From Longimicrobiales bacterium (GTDB lineage: Bacteria; Gemmatimonadota; Gemmatimonadetes; Longimicrobiales; Gaopeijiaceae), in NCBI GenBank assembly GCA_965248195.1, contig CBDFIQ010000002.1:2240001-2304000 (forward strand): DNA of 64,000 nt, in the 5' to 3' direction. The translations under genes were made by a program, and so were the position numbers. Shown piece after piece: positions 1 to 10,060 of this stretch (the stretch's first letter is position 1; every line of letters starts with the position of its first letter). A model generated the notes under the pieces. It saw only the letters and a program-made list of their open reading frames with translations. It did no database searches and was not told the origin of the DNA.

Positions 1-71
1 CACGTCTTTCCCGGTGTCGATCAAAGCATCCGGGATATCGCTACCTGAACCGACCGAACACGAGGAACTGA

Positions 72-1232
72 ATGAAGCATCCACCGTCGGACGGGAGCCG
101 TTTCGGGACCCTCGCGGTACACGCCGGTCAGGAGCCCGAACCGATGACGGGTGCGATAACGGCGCCAATCTTCCAGACTTCCACCTACGTCCAGCCGGAC
201 GTCGCCGTACCGAAGCAAGGGTACGATTACGCTCGCGTAAAGAACCCGACTGTAGAGGCGCTCGAACGGAAGGTCGCGGCCCTCGAGGGCGGGACTCGCG
301 GAGTCGCGTTCTCGAGCGGGCTGGCGGCAATCGAAGCGGTGGTCAAGCGCCTCTCCGCAGGCGATCACGTGGTGTGCGAAGAGAATACGTACGGCGGCGT
401 GACACGCATGTACACGCGTGTGCTCGCGAAGCTCGGGCTGGAATTTTCCTTCGTGGACACGAGGACTCCGGAGCGGATACGGGACGCGATGCGGCCCAAC
501 ACCCGACTGGTCCATGTCGAAACGCCCACGAACCCGATGATGAGGATCTGCGATATTCGGGCGGCAGCCGACATCGCACACGAGGGAAACGCCATCCTCA
601 TGGTGGACAGCACATTCGCGTCACCGTTCAACCAGCGGCCCCTCGATTTGGGCGCGGACGTGAGTATGCATTCCTCCACGAAGTACCTGAACGGACATTC
701 CGACATCATCGGCGGTGTGCTCGTGGTCAACGATGACGACCTCGCCGAAGAGATTCTTTTCGTCCGGAAATCTTCCGGAGCCGTCCCGGGGCCGATGGAC
801 GCCTGGTTATGCCTTCGCGGCACCAAAACGCTCCACGTTCGCATGGCCCGCCATAACGAGAACGGATTGGCCGTAGCCGGATTCCTGGAGGCGCACAGCG
901 CCATCGATCGGGTCATCTACCCGGGTCTGGAGTCGCACCCCCAGCATGAGTTGGCAGCACGCCAGATGTCGGGCTACAGTGGAATGGTGGCACTCGACGT
1001 GAGCGACCTGGCACGGGCCCGAGCTCTGGCCACCGGCACTCGTGTGTTCCAGCTTGCGGAGAGTTTGGGCGGTGTCCAATCGCTCATCAGCGTCCCGGCG
1101 CTTCAGACCCACGCATCGGTGCCGAAGGAGATGCGTGAGGCGATGGGCGTCACCGAGGGCCTGGTACGGCTTTCGGTCGGCATCGAGGAGGTCGAAGATC
1201 TAATCCAAGACCTGGACCAGGCGCTGGTCTGA
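72..1232 (+). CDS. Cystathionine gamma-synthase/gamma-lyase (Cys/Met metabolism PLP-dependent enzyme)
   Basis: 386 aa; PIFQTSTY, ETPTNP, PLP-lysine motif SSTKYLNGHSD, LAESLGG, LVRLSVGIE. Confidence 0.9.
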   Translation: MKHPPSDGSRFGTLAVHAGQEPEPMTGAITAPIFQTSTYVQPDVAVPKQGYDYARVKNPTVEALERKVAALEGGTRGVAFSSGLAAIEAVVKRLSAGDHVVCEENTYGGVTRMYTRVLAKLGLEFSFVDTRTPERIRDAMRPNTRLVHVETPTNPMMRICDIRAAADIAHEGNAILMVDSTFASPFNQRPLDLGADVSMHSSTKYLNGHSDIIGGVLVVNDDDLAEEILFVRKSSGAVPGPMDAWLCLRGTKTLHVRMARHNENGLAVAGFLEAHSAIDRVIYPGLESHPQHELAARQMSGYSGMVALDVSDLARARALATGTRVFQLAESLGGVQSLISVPALQTHASVPKEMREAMGVTEGLVRLSVGIEEVEDLIQDLDQALV

Positions 1233-1258
1233 AACGGGGCCGCCCCGCCGCGGCGTCC

Positions 1259-1286
1259 TGAAACTTACCCGCCGAGTGGAGCGTAA
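1259..1286 (+). promoter_or_regulatory. Putative SigW-type ECF sigma promoter
   Basis: TGAAAC-N17-CGTAA upstream of the M48 protease; same motif and spacing at 9050-9077; resembles the B. subtilis SigW consensus TGAAAC-N16-CGTA. Confidence 0.6.
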
Positions 1287-1347
1287 AGCCGGATAGAGCG
1301 GAGGGCTACTCGCCCGTACCGCACGCATCATAAGGAGATCGACAGCC

Positions 1348-2373
1348 ATGGCTGAGAACGACCTAGACGACGGAAACGACCAGGAAAACGGGAACGGCCG
1401 AGACGAACAGGACCCGAGAGCCACGCGCGTGCTGAAGGACATCGCTCCACGTGCCTGGGAGCACCCGGCAGACCGGGCCGCACTGGCGGCGTTAAGAAGG
1501 ATTCCGGTGTTCGACGACGTGCTCCGCAAACTCTTCGGCTTCTTCGGGGAGAAACCGATTCGCCTGGCGTTCCTCGCAAGCTCCGTAAGAGTCTCGGAAC
1601 GGCAGTTCCCACGAGTTTGGAGCCTCTATCAGGACGTTCTGCGGACGCTCGACGCGCCGAAGGATTATCCGCTCTTCGTCTCGCAGACGCCGATCGTCAA
1701 CGCCGGCGCCTACGGGATGGACGAGCCGTTCATCATCCTGAACTCGGGCACCGTGAATCTTCTCGACGACGAGCAGCTGTCATACGTCATGGGTCATGAG
1801 CTCGGCCACATCATGAGTGACCATGTTCTCTACCGGACGATGACCGTCCTGCTGATTCAACTCGCAAGCATGGGGTTCCCGATCGTCGGACTCTCCGCCC
1901 GGGCCATCCTCGTCGCACTCCTCGAGTGGTCCAGAAAGAGTGAGCTGTCGAGCGATCGGGCCGGGTTGCTGGCCATCCAGGACCCCCAACGGGTCATGGG
2001 CACGATGCTGAAGATGGCTGGCGGGGGGGACGACGACGAGATGAATTTGGACGAGTTCATCATCCAGGCGGAGGAGTACCGGGAATCCGGCGACGTTGCG
2101 GATCAGGTCTTCAAAGTTCTCAACCTCATGGGCCAGAGCCATCCCTTCTACGTCCTGCGCGTGGCTGAAATTCGCTCGTGGATCGAGGACGGCGAATACG
2201 ACCGGATCGTTCGCGGTGAATACCAGCACCGGGGAGACCCAGACCCGGCGTACAATGAGGATCTGACGGACGCGGCCAAAGCATACGCAGAAGGAGCCAA
2301 GGACCTCTTTGGCCAAGTCGCAGATGCGGCCAAGCGGATGGCCGACGATATCATGGGAAGCGTCAAACGGTAG
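1348..2373 (+). CDS. M48 family Zn metalloprotease (HtpX/Ste24-like)
   Basis: NAGAYG, HELGH zinc motif, ELSSDRAG, SHP motif; AAGGAG RBS. Confidence 0.85.
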   Translation: MAENDLDDGNDQENGNGRDEQDPRATRVLKDIAPRAWEHPADRAALAALRRIPVFDDVLRKLFGFFGEKPIRLAFLASSVRVSERQFPRVWSLYQDVLRTLDAPKDYPLFVSQTPIVNAGAYGMDEPFIILNSGTVNLLDDEQLSYVMGHELGHIMSDHVLYRTMTVLLIQLASMGFPIVGLSARAILVALLEWSRKSELSSDRAGLLAIQDPQRVMGTMLKMAGGGDDDEMNLDEFIIQAEEYRESGDVADQVFKVLNLMGQSHPFYVLRVAEIRSWIEDGEYDRIVRGEYQHRGDPDPAYNEDLTDAAKAYAEGAKDLFGQVADAAKRMADDIMGSVKR

Positions 2374-2384
2374 ACTGGGGGGCC

Positions 2385-3677
2385 ATGCGAATCCTCATCG
2401 TCGGAAACGGAGGCCGAGAGCATGCGCTGGCGTGGAAGCTTCTCAGAGATGCGCCCGAAGCCACACTGTTCGTTACGCAGCCGAATGGGGGGATGACCTC
2501 AGGCGTCGAGCCCGTCGCGATCGCGCCCGGCGACGTCGAGGCACTCACCGGCTGGGCTGCCGCACAGAACATCGACCTGGTCGTCGTCGGACCGGAGGCC
2601 CCGCTCGCAACCGGTTTGGCGGACCGCCTCGAGCGCGGCGGAATCCCCACGTTCGGGCCCACGAAGGCGGCCGCTCGCATCGAGTCCAGCAAGAGCTATG
2701 CAAAGGCGTTGATGCAACGAGCCGGCGTCCCCACGGCGGACTTCGCGTCGTTCGTCGACCACCGCGAGGCCTCCGCCTACGTGCGGGAACATGGCGGGCC
2801 CATGGTCGTGAAGGCTTCCGGGCTGGCGGCCGGGAAGGGTGCCGTCGTTTGCGAGACGGTCGAGGAGGCCCTCCGATCTCTCGAGAGTATCATGGCCGAC
2901 CGGGCCTTCGGGGAGGCAGGCAGGGAGGTCGTCGTCGAGGAGTTCATGCAAGGGGAGGAGATGTCGGTTTTCGCGTTGGCGGACGGCCGTGATGCCGTGC
3001 TGATGCTCCCCTCGCAGGATCATAAGCGCGTGGGTGAGGGGGATGTGGGACCAAACACCGGCGGCATGGGTGCGTACGCGCCCGTCTCCCTCTCCTCCGA
3101 TGTACTCCTGTTACAGATCCACGACGAGATTATCGTGCCGACATTGGCCGCGCTCGCCGAAGACGATTCCGAATTCCGGGGAGTCCTATACGCGGGAATC
3201 ATGCTCACCGAGGACGGACCCCGGGTCGTGGAGTTCAACTGCCGCTTTGGCGACCCGGAAATTCAGGTGGTCCTTCCGTTGCTGGAGTCATCCCTTCTCG
3301 ACCCGATCTTGGAGATCGCGCGGGGAGGGCGGCTCGGGGGCGCCACCCTGGAGTGGAGTGAAGGGACGGCCCTCACCACCGTGCTCGCGTCGGAGGGATA
3401 TCCGGGTCCCTACCCCAAGCGTCGCGCGATCCACATTCCGGAGTCGGTGACGGACGATCCGGATGTGCTCCTCTTTCACGCAGGCACGACATCGGGTTCC
3501 GATGGGCTCGAGACCTCCGGAGGGCGCGTAATCGCTGCCACCGGATTGGGTGCGACGCTGAGCCAGGCGGCCTCGAAAAGCCGAGCAGCGGCGACCGCCA
3601 TCGATTTCTCCGGGAAACAATTTCGGAGGGACATCGGCTGGAGAGAGTTCGCACGGGCCGAGCGAGACTCTCGCTAA
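2385..3677 (+). CDS. purD: Phosphoribosylamine--glycine ligase
   Basis: GNGGREHAL, VVGPEAPL, KASGLAAGKG, QDHKR, NTGGMG, EFNCRFGDPE. Confidence 0.97.
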   Translation: MRILIVGNGGREHALAWKLLRDAPEATLFVTQPNGGMTSGVEPVAIAPGDVEALTGWAAAQNIDLVVVGPEAPLATGLADRLERGGIPTFGPTKAAARIESSKSYAKALMQRAGVPTADFASFVDHREASAYVREHGGPMVVKASGLAAGKGAVVCETVEEALRSLESIMADRAFGEAGREVVVEEFMQGEEMSVFALADGRDAVLMLPSQDHKRVGEGDVGPNTGGMGAYAPVSLSSDVLLLQIHDEIIVPTLAALAEDDSEFRGVLYAGIMLTEDGPRVVEFNCRFGDPEIQVVLPLLESSLLDPILEIARGGRLGGATLEWSEGTALTTVLASEGYPGPYPKRRAIHIPESVTDDPDVLLFHAGTTSGSDGLETSGGRVIAATGLGATLSQAASKSRAAATAIDFSGKQFRRDIGWREFARAERDSR

Positions 3678-3703
3678 ACACCCATCCCCTATCGCACCCG
3701 CCC

Positions 3704-4537
3704 ATGCCTGAGCTACCGGAGGTCGAGACCATCGTCCGGGGCCTTCGCCCCACCCTCCCCGGGAAAACGATCCAACACCTCCAGATCATTCACGCAGACG
3801 TCCTTCGCCAACCGTCGACGGACTTTTCCGACCGTCTGCGAGGCCGCGTATTCGAATCGGTTCACCGGCGAGGGAAGAACATCGTTGCGCACCTGACTGG
3901 GGGTACGGTCCTGGTCGTGAACCTGGGCATGACCGGCCGCCTCGTGCTGGCCCAAGACCAGACACGGATGACCCACCCCGCGGTGCGTTTTACCCTGAGC
4001 GCGGGGCCCGTGCTCGTCTACGACGACGTTCGCCGCTTTGGAGCGGTGGAGGCGATGGACGGGGCGGAATGGGCCGCGCGCGATCAACGCCTTGGGCCTG
4101 AGCCGCTCTCTGCTAGCTTTAGCGCCCGGCGGTTGCACGCGGACCTCTCCCGGTCCATCTCACCGATCCGGTCGTGGCTGCTGGATCAGCGCCGGGTGGC
4201 GGGGGTAGGCAACATCTACGCGAACGAGGCGCTTCACCTGGCTGGCATTCACCCGCAGCGACCGGCCAGGTCCGTCAACGAAGGCGAAGCCCGCAAGCTC
4301 CATAGAGCCCTCCGCCGGACCCTGCGGCGCGCCGTGGAAAACCGGGGAACGACGCTCAGGGACTACCGGGACGCCTCCGGAAATCCCGGTGACAACGCGA
4401 CGCATTTGCGAGTCTACGGAAGAGGCCAGGAGCCCTGCCTCCGCTGCTCTACGAGGATCTGTCGATTGGTATTCGGAAATCGCACGGCTTTTTTTTGCCC
4501 CAGTTGCCAACCCGGCGGAACGGGTGAAATCGAGTGA
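3704..4537 (+). CDS. mutM: Formamidopyrimidine-DNA glycosylase (Fpg)
   Basis: N-terminal PELPEVET, H2TH LLDQ..VAGVGNIYANE, C-terminal zinc finger CLRC...CPSC. Confidence 0.96.
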   Translation: MPELPEVETIVRGLRPTLPGKTIQHLQIIHADVLRQPSTDFSDRLRGRVFESVHRRGKNIVAHLTGGTVLVVNLGMTGRLVLAQDQTRMTHPAVRFTLSAGPVLVYDDVRRFGAVEAMDGAEWAARDQRLGPEPLSASFSARRLHADLSRSISPIRSWLLDQRRVAGVGNIYANEALHLAGIHPQRPARSVNEGEARKLHRALRRTLRRAVENRGTTLRDYRDASGNPGDNATHLRVYGRGQEPCLRCSTRICRLVFGNRTAFFCPSCQPGGTGEIE

Positions 4538-6066
4538 CGGGTAGGCACGACGTGGTCCGCCCGGCCTTCCGCTGGGTCGTAGTGATGGCAGTGCTCACCG
4601 GATGGGTCGGCGCGTGGGCACGGGCAGGGAGCTCCCAGGCTCTCACCGGGACGCAACTGCCTGTGGTCGAGCACGAGCTCGCCAACGGTATGCGCTGGCT
4701 GGTGCTACCTCGGACAGCCTCACCCACGGTTTCCTTCATCGTGAAATTTCGGGTCGGGGCCGTTAACGAGGTTCGAGGGCAGACGGGCATGGCCCACCTA
4801 CTCGAACACCTACTGTTCAAGGGGACCGAGACGCTCGGGACCCGGGACGCCACCGCCGAACGTGTACTCTTCGTGCACATGGATGCTCTTCAGGATTCGA
4901 TCCTGGCGCTCGAGGCGAGAGCCGATACCACCGCAGTACCCATGCTCAAAGAAAGGATCGACTCGCTGGAGACGGAGGCGAGAGCGTATGTGCTGCCCAA
5001 CGAGTTCGAGAGGGTCCTGTCGACGAACGGCGGTCGCGGCCTCAACGCCACCACGGACTGGGAGTCCACGACCTACTTCGTGGAACTGCCGGCGAACCGT
5101 GCACAGCTTTGGTTTCTCCTCGAATCAGACCGGATGGCCAACCCGGTGTTCCGGGAGTTCTACGCCGAGAGGGACATCGTCGCCGAAGAACGCCGGCTAC
5201 GGGTGGAGACGAATCCCGGCGGGCTGCTTTTCGAAGCCCACATGGCCGCGGCGTTCACCACGCATCCATACGGACAGCCAGTCGTAGGCTACATGGCAGA
5301 TATCCAACGACTCCGTCGGCCGGACGTGGAGGCCTATTTTCGTCGCTATTATGGGCCCAGCAACGCCGTCGTCACCGTCGTCGGAGACGTCGACGCCGAT
5401 CAAATTCTTGCTTGGGCCGATGAATATTTCGGAGATCTTCCCGCCAGTGAGACTCCGGGCCCGATCCTGTCGAGGGAGCCCGCCCAAAGGGGAGAACGAA
5501 GAGTGGAGGTCACTTTCGACGCCGAGCCCCAGGTGCGTATCGGTTGGCTGGTCGTCGAAACTTCGCACCCAGACGCACCGGCCCTTTCGATCCTCTCCTG
5601 GCTCCTCACCGGAGGACGCACGTCGAGGCTACATCGGCGCCTCGTGATTGAGGATCGAGTCGCGACGGCGATCTATTCGTCGATGGGCCCCGGCGTCCGG
5701 TTTCCCGCAATCTTTACGATCGATGCCACGCCCCGTTTCCCCAGCAATACCGACGATGTCGAGGCCGTCGTGTACGCCGAGTTCGACTCCCTTCAGCGAA
5801 CGCCTCCGTCCGAGCGCGAGATGCAGCGAATTCGAAATCAGCTCGAGGCGGGTGAGTTTCGGCGGCTGACATCGAACTTGGGCCTTGCGCTCCAGCTGGC
5901 GGGGTCCGCCTCCGCCTTCGGCGATTGGCGCGCGACGTTCAGTTTTACAGATCGCCTGGCGGCGGTCGAGCCCGAAGACGTGCGCCGGGTAGCACGGCGA
6001 TTCTTTACTCGGGATCATCGAACTGTAGCCACCGTGGTTCGCCCCGACTCGGTGGCCGGTCGTTGA
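4534..6066 (+). CDS. M16 family peptidase, catalytic subunit (exported)
   Basis: Inverted zinc motif HLLEH (GMAHLLEHLLFKGT), LNATT, EERR; signal-like N-terminus. Confidence 0.9.
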   Translation: MTGRHDVVRPAFRWVVVMAVLTGWVGAWARAGSSQALTGTQLPVVEHELANGMRWLVLPRTASPTVSFIVKFRVGAVNEVRGQTGMAHLLEHLLFKGTETLGTRDATAERVLFVHMDALQDSILALEARADTTAVPMLKERIDSLETEARAYVLPNEFERVLSTNGGRGLNATTDWESTTYFVELPANRAQLWFLLESDRMANPVFREFYAERDIVAEERRLRVETNPGGLLFEAHMAAAFTTHPYGQPVVGYMADIQRLRRPDVEAYFRRYYGPSNAVVTVVGDVDADQILAWADEYFGDLPASETPGPILSREPAQRGERRVEVTFDAEPQVRIGWLVVETSHPDAPALSILSWLLTGGRTSRLHRRLVIEDRVATAIYSSMGPGVRFPAIFTIDATPRFPSNTDDVEAVVYAEFDSLQRTPPSEREMQRIRNQLEAGEFRRLTSNLGLALQLAGSASAFGDWRATFSFTDRLAAVEPEDVRRVARRFFTRDHRTVATVVRPDSVAGR

Positions 6067-7538
6067 GTTTGCTTCGGCCGGCGAGGCCCCGGTTCGCCCG
6101 GGTCATCGCTCTGGTGTGGGTCAGCTTCCCGATGGGGTTGTTTGCGCAGGAGACCACGAGGTCGGCACTCGCCGCGATGGAGTTCGCACCCTTGGAATTC
6201 CGGCAACCGGATCCTGTACAACATCGCGTTGATCCCGGAGTGGAGGTCTTCTTCGTCGAAGACCACTCGCTACCCCTAGTGTCCGTGTTCGCCCGCTTCC
6301 GTGGTGGGCCCTCGTACTTTTCGAGGGAGGAGCATGGGGCCGCGACCGCTGTTCCGCTGCTCCTTCGCTCGGGGGGCACCCTCGATCTTTCCCCCGACTC
6401 CGTCGACGAGCTCCTGGAGTTCTACGCCGCCCAGACCTCTTTCGGGGGAGGAGGCCCGTCCTCGTTCAGTTCGTTCAACACTCTGACGCGTTACCTGGAC
6501 GAGGTGCTCGAGGTCTGGGGTTCTCTGCTGAGGAACCCGGGCTTCGATGCAACCCGCGTCGAGGTATGGCGTGGCCAGCGACTCGACAACGTGAGGAGGC
6601 AGTCGGACGTCCCTGCGCGGTTGGCGATCTCCAAGTTCAACGACCTTTTGTTCGACGATCACCCCGTGGGGTGGGAACTGCGGCCCGAGGATCTCGATCC
6701 GGAAGATCTAGCCCCGGAGGCCCTGTATTCGGTACACCGGAGGATCTTCTGTTGGGGGAACCTCACGCTGGGCGTCACGGGAGACGTCACCTGGAACGAA
6801 ATGCGTCCGAAATTAGAGCGGCTACTCGACCGATGGCCTTCGTGTGACGGTGATCTCGAGCCTCCTCCGCCGCCGACGTTCTCCGTCGAGTCCGGAGTGT
6901 ATGTCATTCAGAAAGACCTCGCCCAGAGCACAATTATCATCGGGAAACCGAGTGACGTGCGTTTGGCTGATAACGAGGACTATTTCGCCGCGCAAATAGG
7001 TAATTCCATCCTGGGAGGCGCGGGCCTCACAAGCCGCCTCGCACGTCGGGTCCGTACCGAGGAGGGGCTCGCGTATGGGGTGGCTTCAGTATGGACCACG
7101 CCCAGGCGGTCAGGGGGAATCATCGCCGCAACCACCCAAACGAAGAGTGAGTCGACCGTTCAAGCGATCCGCCTCATTGCCGAGACCCTCGGGGAAATAG
7201 CGTCGAGCCCCCCGGATGACGCGGAGGTGCGTGATGCGGTCGACCGGATCGTGAACGGTTTCATCTTCAATTTTCAAACTCCGGCCCTGCTCGTATCCCG
7301 CCAGATGCTCTATCTGAGCCAGAATCTTCCCCTCGATTGGTTGCCTCGGTTTCTCGAGGGGGTTCAGGGCGTGACTCCAGACGGCGTCCACGAAGTCTTC
7401 CGCAGGAACCTGGCCCCGAACGGGCTGGACGATATGGTGATCGTCATCGTGGGTGACCCGGCAGGTTTCGATCCCGGCTTGGAAGACCTGGGCCCCGTTC
7501 GGATTCTGGCTGAGGACCAAGCGCCGCCCCGTCGCTGA
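6063..7538 (+). CDS. M16 family peptidase, non-catalytic partner subunit
   Basis: M16 fold motifs (EDHSLPLV, SRLARRVRTEEGLAY) without HXXEH; TTG start at 6063 overlaps the upstream TGA. Confidence 0.85.
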   Translation: MSLLRPARPRFARVIALVWVSFPMGLFAQETTRSALAAMEFAPLEFRQPDPVQHRVDPGVEVFFVEDHSLPLVSVFARFRGGPSYFSREEHGAATAVPLLLRSGGTLDLSPDSVDELLEFYAAQTSFGGGGPSSFSSFNTLTRYLDEVLEVWGSLLRNPGFDATRVEVWRGQRLDNVRRQSDVPARLAISKFNDLLFDDHPVGWELRPEDLDPEDLAPEALYSVHRRIFCWGNLTLGVTGDVTWNEMRPKLERLLDRWPSCDGDLEPPPPPTFSVESGVYVIQKDLAQSTIIIGKPSDVRLADNEDYFAAQIGNSILGGAGLTSRLARRVRTEEGLAYGVASVWTTPRRSGGIIAATTQTKSESTVQAIRLIAETLGEIASSPPDDAEVRDAVDRIVNGFIFNFQTPALLVSRQMLYLSQNLPLDWLPRFLEGVQGVTPDGVHEVFRRNLAPNGLDDMVIVIVGDPAGFDPGLEDLGPVRILAEDQAPPRR

Positions 7539-7551
7539 CGAAGGCTCTAGA

Positions 7552-8280
7552 TTACGCCCGGATCGCTACGTGGATCGCCGCGATCCCGCCCGTCACCAAT
7601 CGCCACTCGACATTCTTGAACCCGGATTCAGCCAAGAGACCAGCCAACTCGGTGGGTCCTGGGAATTCCTTCACTGATTCGGGCAAGTAGCTATAGGCCC
7701 AGGGGTGCCCAGAAACGACGCGCCCCACGACGGGGAGAATCCGATGGAAATAGAAGTTGTAGAAGCCTCGAAGCACACGGTTGGGCGGGTCTGTGAACTC
7801 CAGAATCACGAGTCGGGCGCCCGGACGAAGGACCCGAGCGAAGGCGGAGAACCCAGCGCGTAGGTCAGAGAGGTTGCGCACGCCGAAGCCGATCGTCGCC
7901 CCGTCGAAGCATGCCTTCGCGAAGGGCAGTCGTAGCGTGTCGCCGCAGATGGGTGTCACGGAAGGGCGGAGCTTGCCGCGCCCTTGGACCAGCATCGGCA
8001 ATGCGAAATCGGTCGCGATCACGGACCCTCGAAAACCGGCCTGCTTCGCCAGCTCCAGACTCAGATCGAAGGTGCCGGCGCATGCATCCAAGTACCGCCC
8101 CGTCTCGCGCTCCTGCCATCGAAGCATCCGGATCGCACGCCGCCGCCAGCCCCGGTCGATGTTCATGCTGAGCACATGATTCAACAGGTCGTACCGCGGG
8201 GCAATTTCCGAAAAGAGTGTGCGGACTTGGTCCTCTCTCTCGGCGCCATGGGAGGGTCTTGCTTCCGGAATTGTCGCCAT
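7552..8280 (-). CDS. ubiE: Ubiquinone/menaquinone biosynthesis C-methyltransferase
   Basis: FSEIAPRYDLLNHVLS, LDACAGTFD, FGVRN, AYSYLPES; start at ATG 8280 (MATIPE). Confidence 0.92.
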   Translation of the reverse strand: MATIPEARPSHGAEREDQVRTLFSEIAPRYDLLNHVLSMNIDRGWRRRAIRMLRWQERETGRYLDACAGTFDLSLELAKQAGFRGSVIATDFALPMLVQGRGKLRPSVTPICGDTLRLPFAKACFDGATIGFGVRNLSDLRAGFSAFARVLRPGARLVILEFTDPPNRVLRGFYNFYFHRILPVVGRVVSGHPWAYSYLPESVKEFPGPTELAGLLAESGFKNVEWRLVTGGIAAIHVAIRA

Positions 8281-8449
8281 TTGCTCGACCTTTTGGTTAC
8301 TTTTTCCACCTGAAAGCGTGACGCAGTTCGAAGGCGGGGCGGCCGGGAGCCGCGTACCCGGGAAGCATACGAAGTTTCCCGGCCGCACAAACTCCGTGGG
8401 TCGGAGGGCGCCTCCGCCCGGCAGACTCGTGAGGGCGGAGCCACTCCAC

Positions 8450-9040
8450 TTGGATTTCAACACCCAGACGGACAAGGAACTGGCGGCGCTGGCAGCGGCC
8501 GGGAACGAGGGCGCTTTCGCCGAGTTGCTCCGACGTTATGAGCGGCCCGTCTTTTCGCTGATCTATCGCATGGTGCGCGACCGGCCTCTCGCCGAGGACC
8601 TGGCACAGGAGGCGTTCATTCGAGCTTTCAACGCCGTCTCCTCTTACGACCCGCGCTACAAGTTCAGTAGCTGGATCTTCAAGATCGCCAACAATCACAC
8701 GATCGATCATTTGCGACGACGCAAGCTCGACACCGTGTCGATCGACGGCTCGCCCCACGCCCGAACGGCCCAGGAAGAAGAGCAAACACGGCTGGTCGTG
8801 GAATCAACAGACGAGAATCCGCAGGAATATGTGGAGCACCGGGAGCTCGGCGATCAGATCGAGCATGCAATCGGCAAGCTCCGTCCCGAGTACCGGACCG
8901 CCGTTCTCCTGCGCCACGTCGAGGGGTACGCATACGATGAGATCTCGGAGATCATGGGCCTACCTTTGGGAACGGTCAAAACATATTTACACCGCGCCCG
9001 AGGCGAGCTGAAGGAAATGCTCGCGCACCTGACTTCGTGA
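8450..9040 (+). CDS. ECF RNA polymerase sigma factor (SigW/RpoE-like)
   Basis: Region 2 AEDLAQEAFIRA..FSSWIFKIANN, region 4 YDEISEIMGLPLGTVKTYLHRAR; TTG start inferred from the GGAG RBS. Confidence 0.92.
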   Translation: MDFNTQTDKELAALAAAGNEGAFAELLRRYERPVFSLIYRMVRDRPLAEDLAQEAFIRAFNAVSSYDPRYKFSSWIFKIANNHTIDHLRRRKLDTVSIDGSPHARTAQEEEQTRLVVESTDENPQEYVEHRELGDQIEHAIGKLRPEYRTAVLLRHVEGYAYDEISEIMGLPLGTVKTYLHRARGELKEMLAHLTS

Positions 9041-9049
9041 GCCCTTTCG

Positions 9050-9077
9050 TGAAACTTTGGAAAACACGCGCCCGTAA
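9050..9077 (+). promoter_or_regulatory. Putative SigW-type ECF promoter between the sigma and anti-sigma genes
   Basis: TGAAAC-N17-CGTAA; -35, -10 and spacing identical to 1259-1286. Confidence 0.65.
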
Positions 9078-9109
9078 GGTCTTTGGTGAAATCATGAGGA
9101 GTAGATAAC

Positions 9110-10060
9110 GTGGCAAAGAAGCACTCGAAGACACACCTGACCGCTGAGCGGATCCAGGCTTTCCTGGATGGTGCCCTTTCCGGGGACGAGAGGGCCGAAG
9201 TCCAGGAACATGCTACGTATTGTGGACGTTGCCAGGCAGAGGTGGAGACCTGGCAGTTTCTTTATTCCGAGCTCGGGGACCTCCCTCAGCTGAGTCCCGC
9301 ACCGAACTTCCGGGACCGCGTGCTCGCCGGCCTCGACACGGCCGTTCCGGCCGCATCCGGCGAGAAGAGACTGCTCGGATGGTTACGCCGCGGGGCGGTC
9401 CGGGCTGCGGAGCACCTCGACCCCGAGCGGCTTCAGGACTACGTAGAGGGTCTTCTGCCTGCGCGGCACATGGCCAGGGTTTCCGCCCACCTCGATGCCT
9501 GCGGCGTTTGCCGAAGTGATGAGGCGCAGTGGCGGAGCCTCATTCAAGGCGTCGAGAATCTGCCTGTGATGGCTCCCTCGAGCGCCTTCGCCGGCCGGGT
9601 CATGAGCCAGGTCCGGATCGGCCGCCTGGTTCGGCCGGTGGCGGCCAGAACCGCTCGCGGGCGGGCCTGGGCCTGGGCAGGCCGCCTGATCCCGCGAACG
9701 CAAAGGACCTGGGCCGTCATTTCGGGCATAGCCCTCACGCCCGCTACGGTAGTCGCCCTACTCGCGTATACGGTGTTCTCGAATCCCCTCGTGACCCCCG
9801 CGGGTCTGGCGTCCCTCCTCTGGTGGAGAATCAGTGGTGGCGCCACTACGTTGGTGGGTTTCTTGGCAGACGGACTCGTCGAGAGCCCAGTAGCCTTTTT
9901 CGCCTATTCGGTCTTGGATCTCTTGGCCGGTGCGCCGGCGATCACCGGGATGGTCGCCGTCTCTTTCGCCGCCGCATCGGGCCTGGCCGGCTGGGTACTG
10001 TACCGGAATTTGATGACCACACGCACAGTGGATGGAGAATATGCCAGAGCATCTGTTTAA
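9110..10060 (+). CDS. Membrane-anchored anti-sigma factor with two zf-HC2 (ZAS) domains
   Basis: Two H-x(23-24)-HxxxCxxC modules (HATYCGRC, HLDACGVC) plus C-terminal TM segments; directly follows the ECF sigma gene. Confidence 0.85.
   Translation: MAKKHSKTHLTAERIQAFLDGALSGDERAEVQEHATYCGRCQAEVETWQFLYSELGDLPQLSPAPNFRDRVLAGLDTAVPAASGEKRLLGWLRRGAVRAAEHLDPERLQDYVEGLLPARHMARVSAHLDACGVCRSDEAQWRSLIQGVENLPVMAPSSAFAGRVMSQVRIGRLVRPVAARTARGRAWAWAGRLIPRTQRTWAVISGIALTPATVVALLAYTVFSNPLVTPAGLASLLWWRISGGATTLVGFLADGLVESPVAFFAYSVLDLLAGAPAITGMVAVSFAAASGLAGWVLYRNLMTTRTVDGEYARASV

Noticed and set aside
7552..9040. Apparent head-to-head overlap of ubiE and the sigma gene in the ORF track
   Set aside because: Artefact of longest-ORF starts; realistic starts (8280 and about 8450) leave a normal divergent gap
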